Assembly (NCBI RefSeq): GCF_964204645.1
Contig: NC_134032.1
Location: 14,434,275 to 14,498,274 of the forward strand
Origin: Tubulanus polymorphus
Lineage: Eukaryota; Animalia; Nemertea
Direction: 5' to 3'
Length of the DNA: 64,000 bases
Made by a program: the position numbers and the translations under genes. This document shows, in pieces, positions 14,112 to 26,541 of the stretch. The notes beneath the pieces are model-generated. The model was not told the origin of the DNA. It worked only from the letters and a program-made list of their open reading frames with translations, and searched no databases. Within the stretch, counting starts at the first letter, position 1. Every line of letters begins with the position of its first letter.

Positions 14112-14752
14112 TTTTTGGTGTGGATGGGACAGTGGACTATATTTGATGTGGATGAGACAGTGGACTATATTTGATGTGGATGAGACAGTGAACTATATTT
14201 TGATGTGGATGAGACAGTGGACTATATTTGATGTGGATGAGACAGTGGACTATATTTTGATGTGGATGAGACAGTGGACTATATTTTGATGTGGATGAGA
14301 CAGTGGACTATATTTGATGTGGATGAGACAGTGGACTATATTTGATGTGGATGAGACAGTGGACTATATTTTGATGTGGATGAGACAGTGGACTATATTT
14401 TGATGTGGATGAGACAGTGGACTATATTTGATGTGGATGAGACAGTGAACTATATTTTGATGTGGATGAGACAGTGGACTATATTTGATGTGGATGAGAC
14501 AGTGGACTATATTTTGATGTGGATGAGACAGTGGACTATATTTGATGTGGATGAGACAGTGGACTATATTTGATGTGGATGAGACAGTGAACTATATTTT
14601 GATGTGGATGAGACAGTGGACTATATTTGATGTGGATGAGACAGTGGACTATATTTTGATGTGGATGAGACAGTGGACTATATTTTGATGTGGATGAGAC
14701 TGTGGACTATATTTTGATGTGGATGAGACTGGACTATTTTTGATGTGGATGA
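14112..14752 (+). repeat. 27/28-bp minisatellite (GATGTGGATGAGACAGTGGACTATATTT)
   Basis: More than 20 copies. Confidence 0.95.
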
Positions 14753-15264
14753 AGATGGGGGTATAGTTCGTAATTTTGACCATTTTTGGATGTTTGATGA
14801 GCTGTTAGTAGAGTGGATGTATTTTTCGGTGGATGTGGATGTGGAACTGAGACTGATGTATCGATCAATCTAGGAACGACTCGATTCAAAACACATAAGA
14901 GAAGGTTTCAGTGACCGCTGTCCTGTCGGAACACCTGTTACCACGACAACCGTACTGTAAATAAAATCTACGTATTGTTTTGTTGTCTCGTTGTTGACTG
15001 ATTGGATCAATAAAATCCTCGCTACGGAAAATTTCTATTTTCAATGAAAATTTGAGATATCGATGACAAAAGAGCGAATTGAGAGAACGCGGGGACAGAT
15101 GTCACTCGGTCCGGCGTGGTCCGGACCGGTCCGTGTCGGATAATAATAGTAATCGTGAATAAGCTGAAATTAAATTTGACGTGAACTGTTGTTGTGAATA
15201 AATTTTCGACGGGAGATTTGCATTTGTTATAAAACGGGTTGAAATATTCACAGTGATTTTAACA

Positions 15265-15825
15265 TTTGTTATAGAACTGAAATGAGCTGAGACTGGTCTT
15301 AAGTAGTTAGATTGGTTATAGAACTGAAATGAGCTGAGACTGGTCTTAAGTTGTTAGATTGGTTATAGAACTAAAATGAGTTTAGACTGGTCTTAAATTG
15401 ACTGGTCTTAAGTTGTTAGATTGGTTATAGAACTAAAATGAGCTTAGACTGGTCTTAAGTTGTTAGATTTGCTATAGAACTAAAATGAGTTTAGACTGGT
15501 CTTAAGTTGTTATATTGGTTATAGAACTGAAATGAGTTTAGACTGGTCTTAAGTTGTTGTTAGATTGGTTATAGAACTAAAATGAGTTTAGACTGGTCTT
15601 AAGTTGTTGTTAGATTGGTTATAGAACTAAAATGAGTTTAGTCTGGTCTTAAGTTGTTAGATTTGATATAGAACTAAAATGAGTTTAGACTGGTCTTAAG
15701 TTGTTATATTGGTTATAGAACGGAAATGAGTTTAGACTGGTCTTAAGTTGTTAGATTGGTTATAGAACCAAAATGAGCTTAGAACCAAAATGAGCTTAGA
15801 CAGGCCAGTTGTTAGATTGGTTATA
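15265..15825 (-). repeat. 47-bp satellite array, reverse orientation
   Basis: Reverse complement of the 5645-6463 unit, about 11 copies. Confidence 0.9.
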
Positions 15826-17380
15826 TACAAAATTTAGATAACCACTCTGTAATATGATGCAGACTTCGGGAGAAAATTTAGCTGTCGATCCAGTTTTCAA
15901 TGAATGAATGAAACACTTGTTTCTCTGTCAGCCATTGATCGGATAAAAAAACCTTTTTACTCAGACACGTGCTGAATGAAGTGCCACCTGTAGTTTCTAT
16001 TCGAGTTTGATTCAATGTTCTCCTCTCTCTCTCCATTCATGGTTATTTTTTCTCTCGTTTTTACAATGAAAACCTGTTTGAAAGCTGTGTTTTATTATGT
16101 TTTGATGGTCATTTAGTGTCAACGCAATCATTGATATCATCGCGATCGATGCTCATCTGTTACAACTGTACATCCATCCTGGTGTCCACTACGGGCTGGT
16201 GGATACACAGACCGATGGACCATGCAGGGTGAGGGTTGGCTGGTCCGTGGCCAGTCTTTAGGCTCCAGTGACTTGCTGGTCTCTGGGCAGATAGTCCTGT
16301 GGGCGAGCTGGTTTCTAAGATGGGCCTGTTGGCTCTGGCAGGCTAGTACCCCACCTCCTCTTACCATTCCCCCATTCTCCCACTCCCCACTCTCTGCTCA
16401 AATAATTGTATTATTTTATAACTCTGTCCATAGTGGTAAATATTATATTGTATTTTATGAACCATTAACAACAATTGTAAACAGTCTACAATATACCGCG
16501 CTGCCCTTCAATTGTCAAAGAGTCTTAATTCGAAAATTCTTTTACGTCGTCGTTGAATGAAATTCGACCGAATGAAAAGATTGTTATTCAATACTGACAC
16601 AATTTTATTTTATGCACTTTTGTCAAAATGGAAGTTATCGACCTTTAAATAGGTATTTTATGTGTATATACGTCGGGGTGTCTTTATTGTGTGGTTGGTC
16701 AGTTGTAAGATTTGTTTAGTAAATCCCCATGTGCTTGCTTACTCATAAAGCACAAACTCTACCCTCTCTCTCTCTCTCATAAGTCGGTATATTAGGATAG
16801 GATATATGGTGTTGTGCTGTGACATGAAAGTTTTGAAGTATATTTTTTGATTTCGGCGGTATTAAACAAGGTAAAAATTGAAAATTGAAAAAACGGCTCG
16901 TTTTGTAAAACATATATGAAATGTTTGGGATAAAACATCGAAATGACCGATGATTTTGACATGTAAAGTTTTGAACTAGCCAATAATCGACTACATTTCC
17001 ATTTAGGGGAAACGTTAATAATTATTTCTTCAATCAACACGAACAAGAAATGAAATTGGAAAAACATATTTGGATTTAAAAACATAATAAAAGGTTTTGT
17101 TTTTTATGCTATATCTCCTGTGTATTTTACAATACCTACAGAAGGGATTGATATATGTTTAAAAAAATGTTCTTAAATCTCGCTAAAACAAAGCTTTACG
17201 CCTTCGTTTTATATGTATTCATGTATGAACGGTCGGAAATACATCTGTCAACTTTTCACCTCGCGTCATAAACTTTCAGAATTGATTTATTTGCGAAAAT
17301 CAGCTTACGGCCGAGTTTGTCCACGTCAGTCACTGATCGGGATTATGATTATTTAAATTAGCGAACTGATATATTTTCAG

Positions 17381-17405
17381 GCATAACGAGAGGTGTGAAT
17401 GAATA

Positions 17406-17458
<53 letters not shown>

Positions 17459-17498
17459 TGTCGTCAACCTCGTCGATGAAACTAACATAAAATAACAG
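17381..17498 (+). other. candidate non-coding (5' UTR) exon containing a (CAG)n tract
   Basis: Acceptor atattttcag ends at 17380; donor CAG|gtaaga at 17498/17499. All three frames contain stops. Short uORF ATG AAA CTA ACA TAA. Confidence 0.35.
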
Positions 17499-20400
17499 GT
17501 AAGAAAAATCTATTACTGGGTCCAGCTACACCAGAAAGTCAAACTCTGATTCTGATTCTAATTTTTGTTTGGTTTTATAGCTGAATTGGTTACCTCAATG
17601 ATTCAAACTTAAGTTTTTTATTAACCTTAAACTTTAAAATCAAACTTGGCCTTGAGTTTATATACGCTATGGTTACCGTATGAGTTCTGAACTGATTAAA
17701 CCGATGATTTCGCTCTCTGAATCCGGATCGGGAACTTGCGAAGAATTTTCTTTTTCGTTTCTTACAAAGTTTCATCACGGACTCGGAATGATATCATTTC
17801 AATCTCGCGAAATACGTACGCGTTTCGAAATCGAGAAAACCAATCGTATCTGAGATGATATTTTCAAATGAAAATGAAATATCTGATATTAATCGGTGAT
17901 AATATCGTCGAGAGATTTTAGCGGTCAATTTATGTTGAGTAAATTGCACTTGAGAAAAAATTTCAATGTTATCGGATTAAAATTGAGCAGAAAAGGTAAT
18001 TGCATCTCTCTTTATGTGACGGATAAAAGATGAGTTGAATTAATGCGAATGATTTAAATTTAGTCTCAATCCTACCCCCCCCCTCTTTACTAGCCCTCGG
18101 GCTAAAGGTATTTATAAGTGTACAATAGAGATTAGATTTCAGATATGAAGCCACATTGTGAGATTCTATAAAAAGAACATTTCACAAGCTCAAAAACTTT
18201 ATTTAATCATCGGGGTATGATATAATATGACCTCACTCAATAGAGTAATCAACATACAACTGCTCTTATAGTTCAATCTGTCCAATGCTTTTTATGCGGT
18301 CTATTTATAAAACCGTTTTCATATAAAATACCACCGGGTTTTAGATTTGTGTTCGAAAAATCGAGCATCATTTCTTAATGACAGAATGCGAGAAATGCAG
18401 ATACTTGGATTCGTTTATTTTCGATACGTTAACTCTCTTTGAGTCAGATCACCTACTCGCGCTCACAATTGTGCAACTGGGCCCCCGTTAAGAAATAAAA
18501 CAGAAAATCAGATTTCATTCATCTCCGTAGCGGGGAAAACATCGAGTTTTTCTCGTGCGGAAACGGTGAACGCGATAAACATTTTCACGCAAACAAGTTT
18601 CGATATATCGGGAAAAGCTTCCGATTTATATGGAAATGATATGATGATATTATGTTGTTTAGAGCGCGCGCGCGGAGAAAAATCAATATCAGGCCGGTTC
18701 TATCTGCTATCCCTCTTAGATGTTGCATAATGGGTTCCGCTGAATGACCAATGGGCAGCAGGCATTCGTTGAGAGAGTATGCAATGCACCCCTTTAATCA
18801 GTAATGGTCAATGCCGACTAGAGCACCGCGGCAGGCATGTATAGAGTGCAGAGTGAGATACAACCACTGCTAACACATCTACATAACATATTCTTGTAGA
18901 GTATCATCAACGCATTGATTAAACAGCAGCGAGCGGTCGTTCTCCATTCGATCGGTCAGTCGGGTGGTCATTGTCATTATCAGAAAAACTATTCCTCCTC
19001 CGACGGACAGACGTCTAAAAATTCATTGGAGAATTTTGTTAGTTATTTTAAAGTTCGTTACTTCGACTGTTTATTAATTAATCGTTAATTATTTGATAAC
19101 GATGTTATTCGGCGCCAGCGACGATTGATAGAAGGTCGGACTATTGTTGAAAAGATTTTTATTCACGCGCAGCCGCGCGCTGGGGATTTTTTTCCGTGTG
19201 ACTGGATCGGATTTATTTATTCAGACTCCACCCAGCTGATGAATATTCATCTGACTCGATAAAAAAGACTCGTTTTTCTCCGCGGATTTACGGTTGTTTT
19301 TTGTGTAGAAGGTGAGTTCATTTAAAACTGGTTTTTCAGGTGATTGGTACTCATAATTATTTCTATTGAATGTTTTTGAATTTGGAAATTTGAATTGATA
19401 TCACGTTAGGCGATCTTTTGTTTTCAATTTTTTTTTTTAATGATGAATTTGTTTTTTTCAAGGATTTTTTGTGGCAATTTTTGTTTAACTTTTTTCGCTT
19501 GATTTTTTTTCGCTAAAATATTCAGTTTTATTCGCTGAACTGAATTTGATACGTTTTTCGATAATCGGAAAATGTTTTTGAGTTTTTTTTTTCAAGTGGG
19601 TAAAAAATAGTTTGAACGAATTCTTTTAAAGAAAAGATTTCACTTCTTTTTCGATATCCGTTTTGTTCAACATTTTACAAATATCTTTTCCAGCAAAGTT
19701 AATGTGTTTTTTCTTAAAGTTTTAGTTAACAAAAAATATTTATTTTTCAAATCGAAATTGAAATTGAAACAATTTTCGGGACGAAAAGAATTTCAAATCC
19801 GTCTCTCTTTGTTTCGCATTAAACGTCGAAATTGATGACCAGATGTTTGAATTTTAAGACGCGATAATTTAAAAATACCTCAATTTCCTTTGTCTCCGTG
19901 GTTACCCGGTCTCTTATTGGTCACGTAAAACGGACGGCGTTATTAAAAATTAATTCCGAACGCACAACGCCGGACTTCGGTCACCGTTGTTTACCTATAC
20001 CCGGTTTCCTGGTTCTATTGTTTGTTTCATGTGTGAATAACGTCATATGTCTAGTTATTTTAGTTGTTGGAACCCGAAGGTTTGAAATCATGCTGAGTTC
20101 CGCCAGTCATTAAAAACTCTATCACCGACAGATGTTTAGAGTATAACTGACCGTAAACAAAGCCTCGAAGTCTCATCGTCTATTATATAATATAATTGAT
20201 TCACATGTATAGGGGCTACTTATTTATCATATATTACTGACCAGTTTAGGCTGATCGATAATTTTAAAAAGTGTTTTAGAAATACTAAATATTTATAATA
20301 TCTTTTCTTATAAGCAATTTCAGAATGATAATGATCGATTGTTTTGCTATGGCAGAGGGTGAGGTTTTGAGAAATTTTGCATAAAAGGCAAACGTTCAAA

Positions 20401-21557
20401 TTCTTGTTAGTTGTAAAAAAATTTTTGAATTTTTTGCGCCCTCCATTTTCAAACTAGTCACAACAATTTGAATATCCTGGAAACATTTGAAAATTTGAGG
20501 AAGAATTAACAGATATAATTGAGTACCGGGAAATTTCATTTAATACTAAGCACGCGTGGGTTGTGAGCAATTAACGGGTTTTAGGCGCACGCGGAACAAA
20601 GTAATTTACTAATCAAAACCTCTTATGAAGTGCGTGGAGAAAAAAGTGTCGATTTTTGTTCAACATTTTCGGAGTTTTAGTTTTATTAAAGAATGATTTC
20701 ATGAATCGAGATTTATTTGTCGATCGAAAGTGAGAAATATTAGTTATAGAAAAAGTCACGATTGCCAGGGACGGCTATTTATTAGGAGAGTATTATTTCG
20801 ATGCAGTTTCTACAAGCTGTGGCTGAGAAAATTGAAGCGTTAAAAGTTTTTAATATTTTATTTTTTTTTTTTTTAGATTTTGGACTTTTCAGAAATGATA
20901 TCGATAAATCTCATGACTTAAATAATTGATCTTACGTATTTCTGTAATATAGACATCAGACAGTTACCAGTCTATCAACACCATTTGTATTTATTTGTCT
21001 AAGGAAATAGTGATCGTATGTATTGATTTTCTAGACAGGTATTTTCCCGGAGAGATGCATCAGAATTCTCCCCGACAATCGAAAACAATAGTATCCGGTG
21101 ACAACGGTTCACACCTGACGACCTCCCGCCCTCTATTACCTGCTGTGATAGAAAATATCAACATTCAAATTATTCATAAACACATGATATTTTATGCATG
21201 TATAAATAAGTGATAATGGTACAGTTTACACCCCCAACCCCCCCCCCCCCATCTCACACCAGTCGGACAAATAGATACTCCTATTTTAACACCAGTTTTT
21301 AACACTCAATTTGCGACCGCGTCGTAAATCATTACGGATTTAGAGTATTATTATCGATTTTGGAATGTATCCAAAAGATATCGAATTTTCATCTGAAAAT
21401 TTGATTTAATTTATCTCGATAAAACATTCCGAGTTGGTACGATCATATGATGTAAAAGAAAAATGAGTCTGAAATGTTTCATGAAGTATTTCTTTAATGA
21501 GTATTAGGATATAGTTGAAAAAACCTTGAATAAACTACACTAGTTCAAGGAATACAG

Positions 21558-21880
21558 TATTCCTGAAGATGACTATTAGGATATAGTCGAAAAAACCTTG
21601 AATAAACTACACTAGCTCAAGGAATACAGTATTCCTGAAGATGACTATTAGGATAAAGTCGAAACGTTGAATAAACTACACTAGCTCAAGGAATACAGTA
21701 TTCCTGAAGATGACTATTAGAATATAGTCGAAACGTTGAATAAACTACACTAGCTCAAGGAATACAGTATTCCTGAAGATGACTATTAGGATATAGTTGA
21801 AACGTTGAATAAACTACACTTGTTCAAGGAATACAGTATTCCTGAAGATGACTATTAGGATATAGTCGAAACGTTGAATA
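21558..21880 (+). ncRNA. tandem array of five minimal type I hammerhead ribozyme motifs (69-bp unit)
   Basis: Unit TATTC-CTGAAGA-T-GACTAT(taggat)ATAGTC-GAAA-CGTT-GAATA gives stem I TATTC/GAATA, core CUGAnGA, a 6-bp stem II, GAAA and a palindromic minimal stem III. Cores at 21563, 21635, 21704, 21773 and 21842. Confidence 0.75.
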
Positions 21881-23404
21881 AACTACACTAGCTCAAGGAT
21901 ACATTTCAGACCCTTCTTTCTTTTGCATTGTGATATGATTATGTGTTTTTGGATAATATTTGAATATATATTTAAATTGACTTGTGCTGGAATCAAAGAA
22001 CAGATGCTTAAACCTATTCAATGGATTCTAGGTCATCTCTATAAAGTTGGCCTCATTTCGCGTTTGAACCCATTTAATGATAAAAATCATATAATCCTAT
22101 TGTTAGATTATCAAAAACCTGTTCCTCAGACCCTCCCTCCCCTCCGGTCTCCAGCTGGAGCCTATATTTCCTGTGTGTTATATGGGGATAGTTTATTGTA
22201 TGAAGTCACCTGTCCAAAAATACTGGAGGATACAATACAATGCAGACCAACACGCTGACCAATACAGGCTGATATTACCCTGAGGCTCACGAGGGACTCC
22301 TTGCGTTTCCTATCATCTGGTGCCGAATTTAAGAACACCTGGTCCAATTTACACCTCCATTTGGTCCCCCATCCCTCTCCATCCTACTAGAAATTATGTT
22401 TCGCACACATTTTTGTAAATCTGAGCAAAAAAGATCTCGATGCGAAAACTTTATTTAGAGTTAAATCGATGTTAGCGTCATTTCGCTGTAGATATATTTC
22501 TGTATCGGGAGTTGTATGAATTATTGATCTGATTGGTTGCCGTGTGCGGTGTCACATTGCCTGCAGTACCAGTGACATCTGTATCAGTACACATACTCCA
22601 TCTATTGTTTCGAATCAGAATTATAAGCTGCTGCAGTGCATCATCCCTCGAGCATCGTCTGCACGCAATCTTAGCCAAGTTTCTCAATTGTTATGAAAAA
22701 TGTTTTTGAAAATATCACGGACGGTTGCGGGAGGTCTTATGAGATATCAAAAGAATCCCGAGCGCCCTATCTATATTTCAAAGTACATTACGTAAAAAAG
22801 GAGTTAGAATTTTAGAATTTTGTCGAAAAATTCTCATCTTGAAAGCTTAGTTTAGAACTAAAATTTCCTGAATTCTCGTCGAGGATACCACTGCCGTTCG
22901 TGATTAATTCGCCCGCGTAAATTAAGTGAGTTTTGGCCCGAACGTTTTAACGGAAAGAGTTTTACGCAACGCAACCTTAAAATGTCACGAAGTCACGTTT
23001 TTCGTTAAACATTTATCGAATCAATAACATCAATAATATCGCCGCGTGTTACTAACTTATCTCATTGTTGTTCGCCTCGACGGAAATTTGAAAAATGAAT
23101 CGACATCGACGCGCTTATATCGCCGACATTTCTAGAATAATATTTTATCGCCGATTGATTTTTGAATGTATTTTTTTTTGTCGTCGTTGAAAGCATCGTA
23201 GAAGTTGATAACTTCAACGCCCGGTGAGATCAACACTTTACGAAACTTCGTGTCACATTTGATGTCGAAACTTCAAAAGCACGCGCATCAACAATGAACG
23301 ACGTCGTCGTCGTGGTAATGCATTCCCGTTATTATCGAACCGATTTTAAGTGCTCTTTCAATAAACAGTTTTTCTGTTTTATCTTTTACAACATTTCAAC
23401 TGAA

Positions 23405-23407
<3 letters not shown>

Positions 23408-23486
<79 letters not shown>
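23408..23486. repeat. (TA)n microsatellite; others near 3520, 33625, 43260, 51300, 55182 and 62905
   Basis: Direct inspection. Confidence 0.95.
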
Positions 23487-23493
<7 letters not shown>

Positions 23494-23853
23494 AATGGTA
23501 TGGATTAATAATCTTTTTTAAAGCGCCCGCCGTGAAAAGCTTTTCATTTTATACTTTTTTAAATTGAGTTGTTGTTGGATTGGATACACGTAAATTACGG
23601 TGATGTATAATTTTTGAATTGAGATAGAGAGAGTTATGGAGATAGAGAGATGACTTGGCTCTTCTGATGATGTTGTGATGATATCTGATTTTCACTGCGA
23701 GCTACTTGCGCGTTTATAGCCTCGGGTTTTGAAAACGATTTTCTAAAATGTTCTGTGAAAGTTTAGCGTCGTCGTGCGTCGTGTGTCCTCTCTAGATCAG
23801 TCTCTGTCTGCGTTTCGTTCGGTGTCAGTTCTATTTTCAACCGATTGTTAGAA

Positions 23854-23885
23854 ATGTTTCTAGTTCAGGATTATGTGAAATGCAG
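23854..23885 (+). CDS. hb: candidate upstream first coding exon of hunchback (MFLVQDYVKC-S)
   Basis: ATG at 23854, then 10 codons + 2 nt, then donor CAG|gtaaaa. Phase 2 matches the acceptor at 26483/26484 and keeps the exon A frame open (+30 aa). Inr-like TCAGTC/TCAGTT lie just upstream. Confidence 0.45.
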
Positions 23886-23917
23886 GTAAAATATGAATGA
23901 AAAAAAAACCACAACCC

Positions 23918-24004
23918 GGGATCTGGTTTTACGGTTGTCAAACTCATTTTAACTCTGCATTCGAATTCGACCGGTTTTGACCGGTTAACTGTAGAACTGG
24001 ATTC
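23918..24004. mobile_element. diverged MITE copy
   Basis: GGATCTGGTTTTACGGTT ... AACTGTAGAACTGGATTC imperfect TIRs. Confidence 0.45.
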
Positions 24005-24144
24005 AGGGATTCAGGGATTCAGGGTGCTGCTTTGTGAAAACTTCTAAAAACTTTAGGCGATTATGTTTGATATTTTGTTTCAAAATAAGATTAGCTTAAC
24101 TTGATCTTATTCGATTCCAGTGCAAAATATTATTGTGGAGCAAG

Positions 24145-24520
24145 ACCCAGTAATGGGCTACTGCAGTGGAATTGGGCCTAGTACCCGGTAATGGGCTACT
24201 GCAGTGGAATTGGGCCTAGTACGGTAATGGGCTACTATAGTTGGAACTGGGCCCAGGACCCAGTAATGGGCTACTACAGTAGGAACTTAGCACAAGACCC
24301 AGTAATGGGCTACTGCAGTGGAATTGGGCCTAGTACCCAGTAATGGGCTACTATAGATGGAACTGGGCCCAGGACCCAGTAATGGGCTACTATAGTTGGA
24401 ACTGGGCCCAGGACCTAGTAATGGGCTACTACAGTAGGAACTTAGCACAAGACCCAGTAATGGGCTACTGCAGTGGAATTGGGCCTAGTACCCAGTAATG
24501 GGCTACTGTAGTGGAACTGA
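24145..24520 (+). repeat. about 38-bp minisatellite (ACCCAGTAATGGGCTACT...GGAACTGGGCCC)
   Basis: About 10 copies; the unit contains the MITE TIR-like GGAACTGGGCCC. Confidence 0.9.
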
Positions 24521-26541
24521 TTTTCACAATATTGTTTAGTTTCAGCCGTTAGGTTGTTAGAATTTTAGTTATTTGTACACTGTGGACGTCTCCAAAAAGA
24601 AATCTTCATCTGTTGTTCTATTTGGGGTATTTTCCACCCTCTCTCGCTTGATCATGCTTGGATTTGAGAATTAGGAAATTTGGAGTCCTCAGAAATATAT
24701 TTGTCCATCATCGACTCAAATCTGATAATAATAAGCTATAAGTCAAGAGAGTTTAGTCGGTAATTAATGCGTTGAGAAATTTCTGTCTATTCGAGCGACG
24801 AGTTTTAACGCAACTAAAAATTTTACCAGGAAAAAGCATTGATATTTTGTTTAAACCTATATATAGCTCTAACATAGCACCGCGCGGGTCCCGCGTTCTG
24901 ATTGTCCATTATACACTTATTTGTTATACACTTATAGTTTGTTAAAAGTACGTGACCCCTATAACATGTTTATTATGTAACTACATAATTTTTACCCCTA
25001 GTACTCTGTATTAAGAGTACTTTGTGGGCAATTTTGTTTAATCATAAAATTCGGTATGGAATTTTTATCGGTCAGATATTTTTGTGCCAGTGCAGTCAAC
25101 CACACAACACTGATTCGACGATTTGAAATTAAACGATTTGTTCAGAGTTTCAAGTTTCAATATTTCAAGTTTTGTTTGGCTTCTTAGTATAAAACATAAA
25201 AAGCATTCTTTTTTTAGATATTTGTTAAACTCTGACCTTTTTTCCTTAAGGACCCGAATGTCCGTTAGTGATATTTTACGACCTTTATGGCTCTATTCAA
25301 GCTCCTATCATTAATTTCCATAATTTATTTTTTTGGAAATTCATATTCAATGACGAAGAGAAAAAATTAAAGATATTTTGATTTATATTCAGTTTGAACC
25401 CTGTTGTTTTGTCATATGTGAAATTATCTTTTTTGTTTGAAATCTAAGATAGCCTGCACCAAGAAGACATATTTCTTCTTGATATCCTGAAACGTATCTA
25501 GACGGCAGGGAAAGAGGGCGGGGAAAGATGGGGATCTTTTGAACCCGTTTTCGGACTCATGAAAATAAAACTCCGACAATAATTCCGGTCTTTGTATCGG
25601 GATATAATGGTCAAGTGTATGACATATTTACAAAAATATCTACGTTGTTGTCGCTCCCTCCACACATGGCCGATAACCGAAGGTTATTTTATAGTAGTTA
25701 ATATAGTGCAATAAACTAGGTCGCTATTTGATATGAGCTGTCCAATATTCAAATATCAACGTCCAAGTACATATCTTATTTTATCAAATGGTTTACGGCC
25801 TTTGCCGGTGGTGGCCTAATAGTAATAATAAAAACTACTCTCGATTATCAGCCAACTGATAAGCGTTCTAAGGTAATATCATCGTGATTATCCTGTGATT
25901 TGTCGTCGGTTGTTGCTTATTTAAGTGTTTGGACATCCGACATAGAGACACGGTGTTTTATTGAAAGGTGCTCCGTAACATGTCACAAGTAGGAATAATG
26001 ATTAAGTATTTTATGGAATTAAGACTTTTTATGCGTTCGTGTGAAATTAATTCAACCAATATTTCGATTTTATTTTTTCCAAAACTGAAAGAGGGTTTAG
26101 TATCATGTAATAGTAAAGTTTCAAGTGTCCTCGTTGAAAACATGGAGTAACCAATGATATTTATACCAAAGATTTGGGTTTAACCTTTTCGTGAAACTGG
26201 ACCAATTTTAAAGGTTTTTTTAGTTGAAATTAACTTAAAAAAAAAAATTAAATTAGAATCAAAGAGTTGACTTCAACTAAAATTCATTGAACTCGCAACA
26301 GTTGTCCAGAAGTTTGTAAAAGTGTGAAGTGAATGCCTTACTGACAATTGAAATTGTGCATTGTCACTAAGGTCAACTTGGGAACTGGATCCAGAGATGA
26401 ATTCACCCCACAATTGGATCACATATGTAATAACTCAATTCGAATGAAATTTCTAAAATGATTGTTTTTTTATATCGTTTCAGTTGTGATGAGTTTGTAT
26501 CTACTGTAACCAACGACAACCGAATCAATTACAACAATAAA

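Noticed and set aside
5645-14752. CRISPR-like appearance of regular repeats
   Set aside because: The units are head-to-tail with no unique spacers, no cas genes are present, and the context is eukaryotic.
26458-26483. ORF-track start ATG at 26458 and read-through to 28083
   Set aside because: 26458-26483 is a pyrimidine tract plus acceptor, and 28055-28083 follows a strong donor. Both are intronic.
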